Source: Thermoplasmata archaeon
GTDB lineage: Archaea > Thermoplasmatota > Thermoplasmata > Lutacidiplasmatales > UBA184
Direction of reading: 5' to 3'
DNA: 31,344 nucleotides
NCBI GenBank assembly: GCA_050013635.1
Contig: JBEKEW010000003.1
Location: 1-31,344 of the forward strand
Shown: in pieces, positions 9,996-18,275 of the stretch
Layout: each line of letters begins with the position of its first letter
Position numbering within the stretch: position 1 is the stretch's first letter
The notes under the pieces: generated by a model
Told to the model about the DNA's origin: nothing
Database searches by the model: none
Seen by the model: the letters and a program-made list of their open reading frames with translations, nothing else
Program-made: the position numbers and the translations under genes

Positions 9996-10000
9996 TTAAA
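9996..10000 (+). promoter_or_regulatory. Probable TATA box of pyrG
   Basis: (CC)TTAAA about 34 nt upstream of GTG10034. Confidence 0.4.
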
Positions 10001-10033
10001 GGAGGGATTCCATACACGCGCCCGGAGCTGTTC

Positions 10034-11668
10034 GTGAAGGTTCTGGTGGTCAGCGGGGGCGTGATTTCGGGCCTCGGCAAGGGCATCACGACCTCGTCGC
10101 TCGGCCGTCTCCTGAAGGCGCGGGGGATCCCCGTCACGATTCTCAAGATCGATCCCTATCTCAACGTCGACGCGGGAACGATGAACCCGTACCAGCACGG
10201 CGAGGTGTTCGTGCTGGACGACGGTACCGAAGCGGACCTCGATCTCGGCAACTACGAACGGTTCCTGGGGCAGAGCCTCTCCGGGACCCACAATCTGACG
10301 ACCGGGAAGATCTACCGTTCCGTCATCGAGAAGGAGCGTCGCGGCGACTACCTCGGCAACACCGTGCAGATCATTCCGCACGTCACGGGGGAGATCAAGC
10401 GGATGATCCGAGAGGTGGCGCAGTCGGCCGGCGCGGAAGTGATCCTGGTCGAGGTCGGGGGCACCGTCGGCGACATCGAGTCGATGCCGTTCCTCGAGGC
10501 GCTGCGCGAGCTTTCCTACGAGCTCGGAGATGGCCACATGGCGTTCGTCCACACCACGCTCGTGCCGGTGGTGGGGCCGGTCGGCGAGGCGAAGACGAAG
10601 CCGACGCAACACTCCGTGCGGGAGCTGCGCGCGATCGGGATCCGCCCGAACTTGATCGTCGCCCGGGGCCCGTTGCCGCTCACGGCGGATATCAAGGCCA
10701 AGATCTCCCTATTCTGCGACGTCCCTCCCGAGGCCGTCATCTCGGTGCCGGACCAGTCGACCGTCTACGAGGTCCCCCTCGTGCTCGAGGCCCAAGGCGT
10801 CGGCCCGCTCCTCGAGCGGCTGCTCGGTCTGCCCGAGCGCCGACCCGACTACACCGCCTGGAAGCAGTTCCTCGATACCTACCGGCGGGCGGAGGGTTCC
10901 ATCGAGATCGCGGTGGTGGGCAAGTACACCGAGTTGCGGGACGCCTACCTGTCGCACTCGGAGGCGTTCCACCACTGCCAGGGCCACCTCGGATGCGAAA
11001 TCCGCCTGCAATGGTACGACGCCGAGGACATCGCGAAGAACCCCTCCCTCCTCAGCCGGCTCGAGCAGTCGGACGGGGTCCTCGTCCCGGGCGGGTTCGG
11101 TGCCCGGGGCGTCGAGGGAAAGGTCCTCGCGATCGAGCGGGCGCGCCTCCGGCGCATCCCGTACCTCGGGGTCTGCTACGGCTTCCAGATGGCCGCCGTG
11201 GAGTTCGCGCGCAATGTCCTCTCCCTTCGGGGCGCCAATACGACCGAGGTCGATGCCGAGACGCCCGACCCGGTCGTCTGCCTTCTCGAACAGCAGAAGG
11301 GGATCGCGGAGATGGGGGGCACGATGCGCCTCGGAACGCAGCGCGTGGTGCTCACCGCGGGGTCGAAGATCGCCCAGTACTACGGCGTCACCGAGATCTG
11401 GGAGCGGCACCGGCACCGGTACGAGATCAACCCGACGTACCTCGACCGCTTCCAATCCCACGGCTTGAGCGTCACGGGGCGGGCGGTGGACGGCCGCGTC
11501 GAGTCGTTCGAGCTCGCCGACCATCCGTTCTTCATCGGGGTGCAGTTTCATCCGGAGTTCCTCTCCCGGCCGGAGGCCCCCCATCCCCTGTACCTGGCGC
11601 TGGTGCGGGCCGCCCTGGCCCGCAAGGAGGTGCCGACCCCTGCCGCCGCCACGCCGATCGTCCCGTGA
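10034..11668 (+). CDS. pyrG: CTP synthase
   Basis: VVSGGVISGLGKG, KIDPYLNVDAGTMNPYQHGEVFV, KTKPTQHSV, glutaminase GVCYGFQ, ERHRHRYE, QFHPEF. Confidence 0.98.
   Translation: MKVLVVSGGVISGLGKGITTSSLGRLLKARGIPVTILKIDPYLNVDAGTMNPYQHGEVFVLDDGTEADLDLGNYERFLGQSLSGTHNLTTGKIYRSVIEKERRGDYLGNTVQIIPHVTGEIKRMIREVAQSAGAEVILVEVGGTVGDIESMPFLEALRELSYELGDGHMAFVHTTLVPVVGPVGEAKTKPTQHSVRELRAIGIRPNLIVARGPLPLTADIKAKISLFCDVPPEAVISVPDQSTVYEVPLVLEAQGVGPLLERLLGLPERRPDYTAWKQFLDTYRRAEGSIEIAVVGKYTELRDAYLSHSEAFHHCQGHLGCEIRLQWYDAEDIAKNPSLLSRLEQSDGVLVPGGFGARGVEGKVLAIERARLRRIPYLGVCYGFQMAAVEFARNVLSLRGANTTEVDAETPDPVVCLLEQQKGIAEMGGTMRLGTQRVVLTAGSKIAQYYGVTEIWERHRHRYEINPTYLDRFQSHGLSVTGRAVDGRVESFELADHPFFIGVQFHPEFLSRPEAPHPLYLALVRAALARKEVPTPAAATPIVP
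11624..11631 (+). promoter_or_regulatory. Shine-Dalgarno for aspS, inside pyrG 3' end
   Basis: AAGGAGGT ending 8 nt before in-frame CTG11640. Confidence 0.65.
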
Positions 11669-12950
11669 GCTGCGCGAGCTGGACGGCGCCACCGTCCGGA
11701 TCGCCGGCCACCTCGAAGAGTACCGCGCGCTCGGAGGCGTAGCGTTCGCCCTCGTGCGGGACCGCTCGGGCACGACCCAGGTCACCCTCAAAAAGGGTCG
11801 GGCCGACCCCGCGCTGTTCACGCTGCTCGCGGAGCTGCCCCGCGAATCGATCGTCGAGGTCGAAGGAACGGTCCATCGCTCGGAGCGAGCGAACCGCGGG
11901 ATCGAGATCCACCCGGAGCGGGTGGGGGTCATCTCGCGGGCGGCGGTCCCGCTGCCGTTGGGCGTCGTGGACAAGGTCCCCGCCGAACTCGATACCCGCC
12001 TCAACCATCGGGTCCTCGATCTCCGCAAGCCGACGGTGCGGGCGATCTTCGAGCTGCGGGCCGCCCTGCTGCGCGGGTTCCGGCACGCCTTCACCGAACG
12101 GGGATTCTTGGAGGTCGAAACCCCCAAGCTGCTGCGCCAAGGGGCCGAAGGGGGCGCGACGCTCTTTCCCGTGCAGTACTTCGAAGGGCGCGCGTACCTC
12201 GCCCAGAGCCCCCAGCTGTACAAGCAGATGCTGATCGGCGCCGGGTTCGAACGTGTGTTCGAGATCGCACCGGCGTTCCGGGCCGAACCGTCCGACACCG
12301 TACGCCACATCACCGAGTTTACGAGCCTCGATGCCGAGATGGGATACATCGACGGGCCGGAGGACGTGCGCGCCGCCTTGGAGGGCGTGGTCGCCGACGC
12401 GATCCGGACCAGCCGAGAACAGCTCCTCCGCGCGGAGAACCCCCTCGCGGCCGGGTTGCCCGAAATCGTGCTCCCCTTCCCCCGCATACCCTTCGCGACT
12501 GCGGCGGAATGGCTGAACCGTTCCGACCTCGACCACGACTTCGGTACCGAGGAGGAGCGCGCGATCGGAGAGATCGCCGTGGAGAGGTTCGGGAACCCGC
12601 TCTATTTCCTGATCGATTACCCGGCCGCGATCAAGGCCCAGACCTTCTACGTCGGGCGACGGGACGACGTTCCCCGCCTCACCGGCTACTTCGACCTCGA
12701 TTACCGCGGGCTCGAGATCGCGAGCGGAGGTCCCCGCGAACATCGCCTCGATCGGCTCGAAGCGCAGATCCGCGAGGCCGGTTTCGATCCGGCGTCCTTC
12801 GCGGGGTACCTGGAAGCGTTCCGATACGGCATGCCGCCGCACGGCGGCTGGGGGCTCGGGATCGACCGCCTCGTCCAGGCGCTGGCGCGCCTCCCGAACA
12901 TCCGGGAGGCTCGCTTATTCCCCCGCGACCGCTACCGTCTCGAACCGTGA
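11640..12950 (+). CDS. aspS: Archaeal-type aspartyl-tRNA synthetase; inferred CTG start (436 aa)
   Basis: YLAQSPQLYKQM, FEIAPAFRAE, RHITEFTSLDAEM, GLEIASGG.REH, GMPPHGGWGLGIDRL, LFPRD. OB-fold strands LDGATVRIAGHLEEYRALGGVAFALVRDRSG lie upstream of the track's GTG11754. Identity confident; exact start inferred. Confidence 0.93.
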   Translation: MPPPRRSSRELRELDGATVRIAGHLEEYRALGGVAFALVRDRSGTTQVTLKKGRADPALFTLLAELPRESIVEVEGTVHRSERANRGIEIHPERVGVISRAAVPLPLGVVDKVPAELDTRLNHRVLDLRKPTVRAIFELRAALLRGFRHAFTERGFLEVETPKLLRQGAEGGATLFPVQYFEGRAYLAQSPQLYKQMLIGAGFERVFEIAPAFRAEPSDTVRHITEFTSLDAEMGYIDGPEDVRAALEGVVADAIRTSREQLLRAENPLAAGLPEIVLPFPRIPFATAAEWLNRSDLDHDFGTEEERAIGEIAVERFGNPLYFLIDYPAAIKAQTFYVGRRDDVPRLTGYFDLDYRGLEIASGGPREHRLDRLEAQIREAGFDPASFAGYLEAFRYGMPPHGGWGLGIDRLVQALARLPNIREARLFPRDRYRLEP

Positions 12951-12963
12951 GGGGAAGCCATCG

Positions 12964-15093
12964 ATGGTCGCCGCCAAGAGGACCCTACCCGCACCGACCG
13001 AGCTTCACGGACGATGGCAGGCGGTCTTCGAGGAAGCCGGGCTGAGGTCCGACATCCTCGGGCTCGCCGACCGTTTCCCCGAGGAGCGTTCGCTCAAGAT
13101 CCCCTTCCAGACGCTCGACCGGATCGATACCACGCTCGGCGATCTGCTGCTCGACCGTCCGGAGGAGGTGCTCGCGGCGGGGGTCCGCGGGTTGCGCGAG
13201 CTGTTGCCGCTCGACCGGCCCGAGCTCTCGGGGTTGCGGCTGCGCGTCACCGGCCTCCCCAGCACCGCGCACCGATCGATCCGGGATGTGCGGGAGGTCG
13301 ATCTCGGCCGGTTCCTCGCCTTGGATGGGATCGTCCGCAAGGTGACGGAGGTGCGCCCCCAGGTCCGCGAGGCGGTCTTCGAGTGCGTCGCGTGCCGCAC
13401 CGAGATCCACGAGACCCAGGACGCCGATGCGATGCTGTTCCGGGAACCCCTGGAGTGCCCCGACGCCCAAGGCGGGTGCGGCAAACCCCAAGGCCGCACG
13501 CGCTTCCGCTTCCTTGCCGACAAGTCCACCTACGTCGACTCCCAGCGCATCGAGGTCCAAGAGAACCCCGAGTCGTTGCGCGGGGGCGCCCACCCGCAAG
13601 GGATCCCCGTACTGCTGACGGAGGATCTCGCCGGCCACGTCATTCCCGGGAACCGGGTCGTCGCGAACGGGGTCCTGAAAGGCGTGCAACGCACCACCGG
13701 AGGTGGGCGGGGTGGGGTCGTCCGCAACACCGTTTCCGATCTGATGCTGATCGGCAACTCGGTCGAATGGAAACAGCTGGAGTACGACGAGATCGAGATC
13801 AGCGAGGAGGAGGAGCGCCTGTTCCGTCAGTTCCAGGACGACCCGACGGTGATCGACAAGATCGTGCTCTCCCTCGCTCCCACGATCAAGGGGATGGAGG
13901 AGGAGAAGGAGGCGATCGCCCTCCAGCTCTTCGGCGGGGTCGAGAAGCGCCACCCCGACGGCATCCGGACCCGCGGCGACATACACGTCCTCCTCGTGGG
14001 GGATCCCGGCACCGCGAAGAGCCAGCTCCTACGGTACATCGCCGAGGTCGCCCCCCGCGGCATTTACACGAGCGGAAAGGGTGCGACCGCGGCCGGTCTT
14101 ACGGCCGCCGCGGTCAAGGACGATTTCGCCGGAGGGCGTTGGGTGCTCGAGGCGGGGATGCTCGTGCTGGCCGACGGAGGGATGGCCGTCGTCGACGAGC
14201 TCGACAAGATGACCCCCGAGGACCGTTCGGCGATGCACGAGGCCCTCGAGCAGCAGACGGTGTCGATCTCCAAGGCCGGTATCACCGCGACCCTGAATGC
14301 CCGGTGCCCGGTGCTCGCGGCGGCGAATCCGAAGTGGGGACGCTTCGACGATCACCGGACCATCTCCGAGCAGATCGACCTCCCCGCGACGCTGCTCTCC
14401 CGGTTCGACGTGATCTACTCGATCCGGGACCGGCCCAACCAGGAGCGCGACCGGGCGTTGGCGAAAGGGATCCTCGGTTCGCACCGCGATTCGGAGCTGC
14501 CCGCGATCCCCGATGCGACCGGGCGCACCCCCGGCACGCATGCCGCCCCGTTCTCGGCGGATCTGTTGAAGAAGTACGTGGCCTACGCACGTCGCAAGGT
14601 GCGGCCGGCGTTGTCGGACGCGTCGCTGGGCGTGCTCGAGGACTTCTACGTCAGCGTCCGTCGCCAGGGGGAGGAGCCCGATGCCCCGGTGCCGATCACC
14701 GCGCGTCAGCTCGAGGCCCTGGTCCGGATGAGCGAGGCCTCGGCCCGCGCCCGCTTGTCGAACGTCGTCACGGTCGAGGACGCGCAGCGAGCGACCCGCA
14801 TCATGGACAGCTTCCTGCACCGCGTCTCGAGCACGGAAGGGAAGATCGACATCGATCTCGTTACGACCGGCACGAGCCGCAGCCAGCGGGAGCGCCAGGA
14901 CGTCCTGCTGAAGATCATGCGCGACCTGCAGGCGAACGACCCCGCTCGGACCTTTACGATCGAGGAGCTGAAGGCGGCCGCCGAGCCGCAAGGGATCCCC
15001 GAGGACCGTGTCGAGCAGCTGGTCTCCTACCTGAAGAACTCGGGAGAGCTGTTCGAGCCCCGGCCGGGGGCGCTCCAGCTGGTCCGCTTCTGA
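12964..15093 (+). CDS. mcm: Replicative helicase MCM
   Basis: Zn finger CVAC...CPDAQGGC, Walker A GDPGTAKSQLL, GKGATAAGLTAA, LEAGMLVLADGG, VVDELDKM, EQQTVSISKAG, LLSRFD, ITARQLEALVR, C-terminal winged helix. Confidence 0.97.
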   Translation: MVAAKRTLPAPTELHGRWQAVFEEAGLRSDILGLADRFPEERSLKIPFQTLDRIDTTLGDLLLDRPEEVLAAGVRGLRELLPLDRPELSGLRLRVTGLPSTAHRSIRDVREVDLGRFLALDGIVRKVTEVRPQVREAVFECVACRTEIHETQDADAMLFREPLECPDAQGGCGKPQGRTRFRFLADKSTYVDSQRIEVQENPESLRGGAHPQGIPVLLTEDLAGHVIPGNRVVANGVLKGVQRTTGGGRGGVVRNTVSDLMLIGNSVEWKQLEYDEIEISEEEERLFRQFQDDPTVIDKIVLSLAPTIKGMEEEKEAIALQLFGGVEKRHPDGIRTRGDIHVLLVGDPGTAKSQLLRYIAEVAPRGIYTSGKGATAAGLTAAAVKDDFAGGRWVLEAGMLVLADGGMAVVDELDKMTPEDRSAMHEALEQQTVSISKAGITATLNARCPVLAAANPKWGRFDDHRTISEQIDLPATLLSRFDVIYSIRDRPNQERDRALAKGILGSHRDSELPAIPDATGRTPGTHAAPFSADLLKKYVAYARRKVRPALSDASLGVLEDFYVSVRRQGEEPDAPVPITARQLEALVRMSEASARARLSNVVTVEDAQRATRIMDSFLHRVSSTEGKIDIDLVTTGTSRSQRERQDVLLKIMRDLQANDPARTFTIEELKAAAEPQGIPEDRVEQLVSYLKNSGELFEPRPGALQLVRF

Positions 15094-15163
15094 GCCGACC
15101 CCCGCCCGCCGACCGCGCCGCTCATAACTGTCGCGTACGCTAGCGGAGCGAGGGGGATCGACG

Positions 15164-15481
15164 ATGGCCGCACCGGACGGGATCGTCATGCGGGTCCACC
15201 GCGTGCGTGGGGAGGTCATCGTCGCCGCGTGCGATGCCGAACTGATCGGCCGCGAGCTCCCGATCGGCCCCGGACACGCCACCAAGGTCAGTCCCCAGTT
15301 CTACGGGGAGCGCCGGGTCTCGCTGGAGGAGCTGCTCTGGGCGCTGGAGCGGGCGACCAGCGCGAACCTGCTCGGCCCCCGGGTCCTCCGGGCGGTGGAA
15401 GCGGCGGGGTTCGTCGCGGCCGGTGGCACGGGAATGCTGGGCGGCGTCCCGCACGCGATGATCTTCAGCATGATCCCCTGA
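15164..15481 (+). CDS. DUF424 family protein
   Basis: VIVAACDAELIG, FYGERRV, ATSANLLG..V, G.VPHA pattern. Confidence 0.85.
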   Translation: MAAPDGIVMRVHRVRGEVIVAACDAELIGRELPIGPGHATKVSPQFYGERRVSLEELLWALERATSANLLGPRVLRAVEAAGFVAAGGTGMLGGVPHAMIFSMIP

Positions 15482-15493
15482 GGGAGCGCAGAG

Positions 15494-16252
15494 ATGGGTA
15501 CCGGGGAGTTCTGCGCCGCCTGCGGCCGTACGGATCTCGAGCTCGTCGATGGGATCTGCGCGGAGTGCACCATGGACCGGACCGTCTTGGTGCGGGCCCC
15601 GCAGCGGGTCAACATCGTCCTCTGCCCCACGTGCGGGGCGCGCCTGGTCGGCTCGCATTGGGAGCGGTCCGGGACCTCCCCGCTCCTCACCGGCACGGAT
15701 CTGACCCCCGCGTTGGAGCCTCACGCGGAGGTCGGGATCCGAACCGTACGGTGGGAGGAGACCGGCTCGAGCGCCCTCCTGCACCAGTACACCGGACGGG
15801 TCCGTCTGCGGTTCCGCGGCATCGAGCGGGAGGTCGCCGTTCCCCTGACGGTCAAGGTCGACCACCGTACCTGCCCGGAATGCTCCCGGAAGAGCGGACA
15901 CTACTACACCGCCCAGCTCCAGCTGCGGGGGACGCTGGACGGATCCCGGGAGAAGGCGGCCGCTCTCCGCGCACGGTTGGACGCGCAATGGGCCGATCTG
16001 ATGAACGAAGCGCGGGCGGATTGGCGCCACGCGATCTCGTGGCGGGAGGCCCTGCCCGAGGGATGGGACTACTTCTTGGTCAACACGATGGCCGCCCGCT
16101 CCCTCGCCCGACTCGCTCAACGACGGCTCGGTGCGGAGATGAAGGAATCGGCGACCCTCTACGGTCGCAAGGACGGCCAGGACCTGTATCGGGTCACGAT
16201 CTGTGTGCGCATCCCTCTCCCGCGACGCCCCGCGGGACCCGCTCCTTCCTAG
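15494..16252 (+). CDS. NMD3-related ribosome biogenesis protein (short form, 252 aa)
   Basis: FCAACG..CAEC, CPTCG, CPECSR..GHYYTAQLQLRG, GWDY, ESATLYGRKDGQDLYRVTICVR. Confidence 0.85.
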   Translation: MGTGEFCAACGRTDLELVDGICAECTMDRTVLVRAPQRVNIVLCPTCGARLVGSHWERSGTSPLLTGTDLTPALEPHAEVGIRTVRWEETGSSALLHQYTGRVRLRFRGIEREVAVPLTVKVDHRTCPECSRKSGHYYTAQLQLRGTLDGSREKAAALRARLDAQWADLMNEARADWRHAISWREALPEGWDYFLVNTMAARSLARLAQRRLGAEMKESATLYGRKDGQDLYRVTICVRIPLPRRPAGPAPS

Positions 16253-16351
16253 CCGGGGGCTCCGGACGGACGTCGGATGCCGTCTCGGGGTCATGGAACC
16301 ATACGCTTATGAAGCGACCCTCCCATTCTCCGTAGGACGGGACGATAGGCG

Positions 16352-16726
16352 ATGGCGAAGAGCGGGATACTCAGGCGGCATCACGGGGCGGAAACGTTGG
16401 AGGAAGGCAGCTTCCTCGATCTCGGGGCGATGGGCTTTGATGGGGAAGGCTCTCCGCTCGGTTCGCGGGGCACCGTCCGGATGGCCGAAGTGCTCCGGTA
16501 CGAGGATGTCGCCACCTACGCCAAGCTCGCGTACCAGGGCGATATCGTGGTCCTGGACTACACCTCCATCGCCAACGACCAGATCGCGATGCGCCGCATG
16601 AGCCTCGACCTCAAGAACGTCTCCAAGGACATCGGCGGCGATGTCGCCGGGATCGCCAAGAACCTGATCTGCATCACGCCGGCCGGCGTCCGCGTCGATC
16701 GCCAGAAGCTCCGACCCACCCTGTAG
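16352..16726 (+). CDS. sepF: Cell division protein SepF (archaeal type)
   Basis: FLDL N-terminal motif, VRMAEV..YED, GDIVVLDY, GGDVAGI..N.ICITP.GVRVDRQKL. Confidence 0.85.
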   Translation: MAKSGILRRHHGAETLEEGSFLDLGAMGFDGEGSPLGSRGTVRMAEVLRYEDVATYAKLAYQGDIVVLDYTSIANDQIAMRRMSLDLKNVSKDIGGDVAGIAKNLICITPAGVRVDRQKLRPTL

Positions 16727-16739
16727 GTGGGGGTTCCCT

Positions 16740-18263
16740 GTGCAGCTGCGCCTCGATCCCGGAGGCGCGCTCGCGGCGGGCGCCGAGCTATCGATCGAGG
16801 GGATGCTCGAGGCCACGGGGAAGGACCCCTCGTTCCCTTCGGCGCTTGCCGCTTCGGATGCGGCGATCGGTGGTGCGATACGGCGGGCGTGGGGATCGGG
16901 CGAGGTCCACGGCCGCTTCCAGGAACTGACGGTGTTCCACCGGACGGATGGGCCCGGCCGCGTCGCGGTCCTCGGGCTCGGTCCGCGCGATCGCCTCGAT
17001 GCCGAACGGGTCCGGCGCGCCTCGGCGAGCGCCGTCAAGGCGGTGCGGGGGAAAGCCGTGCGCCGGGTGGCGTTCCGGCTCGCCACCTTCACCGGTCGGG
17101 CGGTCAGCCCCGAAGTGGCGGTCCGGGCCCTGACCGATGGGATCGGGCTCGCGAACTACGAGTTCACGGCGTACAAGGCTCCGAAGGAACCGCTCCTCGA
17201 GGATGTGGCGATCTGCCTCGGGGCCGAGCATCGCGCCCAGGCCCGCACGCTCGGTCGTGCCTTCGACCAGGAGCTCGCCCTGGTCGAGACGGTGCGGTGG
17301 ACGCGCGACATCGCGAACCTGCCGGCGAACGACGCCCACCCCGCCCGTCTCGCGACGGAGGCCGAGGAGCTCGGGCGCAAGCAGCACCTCAAGGTCACGG
17401 TCTACGACGAGAAGGAGCTCGCGCGGCTCGGCTGCGGGGGTCTTCTCGCGGTGGGGGGAGGATCGGCCCACCCCCCCCGGATGATCGTGCTCGAGCATCC
17501 CGGCACCGGCGCAAAGGCGCCGACGATCGCGGTCGTCGGCAAGGGGATCACCTTCGACTCGGGCGGGATCTCGATCAAACCGTCGCTCAAGATGGGCGAT
17601 ATGAAGTTCGACAAGTCCGGGGCGGTCGCCGTCCTCGGCATCCTTCGCGCCGCCGCGCAGTGGCGGGTCCGGCCCCGGGTCGTCGGCGTCTTGGCGTGCG
17701 CCGAGAACGTTCCGAGCGGGTCCTCCTACCGCCCGGGGGACGTCGTCCGCGCCTACGGCGGCACGACGATGGAGATCGCCAACACCGATGCCGAGGGCCG
17801 CGTGGTCCTCGCCGATGCGCTCGCCTTCGTCGTCGATCGGTACCATCCGGACGCGGTGATCGACCTCGCGACGCTGACGGGCGCCCAGGTCGTGGCGCTC
17901 GGGGACGACATGGCGGGGCTCCTATCGAATGACGAGCGGCTCGCCGCGCGACTTCTCGCTGCCTCGAGAGCGACCGGCGAACCGCTGTGGCGGATGCCGA
18001 TCACGGAGTACCACCGGGAACTGGTCAAGAGCGAGGTCGCCGACGTGCGCAACTCGATCGAGATCCCGCTCGCCGGCATGCTGACCGCTGCGGCGTTCCT
18101 GGAGCGCTTCGTCGGGAACGTCGCGTGGGCCCATCTCGACATCGCCGGGCCGGCGTACACCACGATCACGACCCGTCGATACCAGCCCGCCTACCAGAAC
18201 ATCGGAGCGACCGCGTTCGGGGTACGGCTGGTCGCCCGGCTGTTGCTCGACTTCGCCCGTTAG
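16740..18263 (+). CDS. pepA: Leucyl aminopeptidase, M17 family
   Basis: VGKGITFDSGGISIK, MKFDKSG, ENVPSG, NTDAEGRVVLAD, DLATLTGA, WAHLDIAG. GTG start. Confidence 0.95.
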   Translation: MQLRLDPGGALAAGAELSIEGMLEATGKDPSFPSALAASDAAIGGAIRRAWGSGEVHGRFQELTVFHRTDGPGRVAVLGLGPRDRLDAERVRRASASAVKAVRGKAVRRVAFRLATFTGRAVSPEVAVRALTDGIGLANYEFTAYKAPKEPLLEDVAICLGAEHRAQARTLGRAFDQELALVETVRWTRDIANLPANDAHPARLATEAEELGRKQHLKVTVYDEKELARLGCGGLLAVGGGSAHPPRMIVLEHPGTGAKAPTIAVVGKGITFDSGGISIKPSLKMGDMKFDKSGAVAVLGILRAAAQWRVRPRVVGVLACAENVPSGSSYRPGDVVRAYGGTTMEIANTDAEGRVVLADALAFVVDRYHPDAVIDLATLTGAQVVALGDDMAGLLSNDERLAARLLAASRATGEPLWRMPITEYHRELVKSEVADVRNSIEIPLAGMLTAAAFLERFVGNVAWAHLDIAGPAYTTITTRRYQPAYQNIGATAFGVRLVARLLLDFAR

Positions 18264-18275
18264 GGCCCGTCCCCG

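Noticed and set aside
11630-11670. Programmed frameshift producing a PyrG-AspRS fusion
   Set aside because: No slippery heptamer is evident, the SD-CTG geometry explains the N-terminus more simply, and a fusion has no functional precedent; not excluded without reads.
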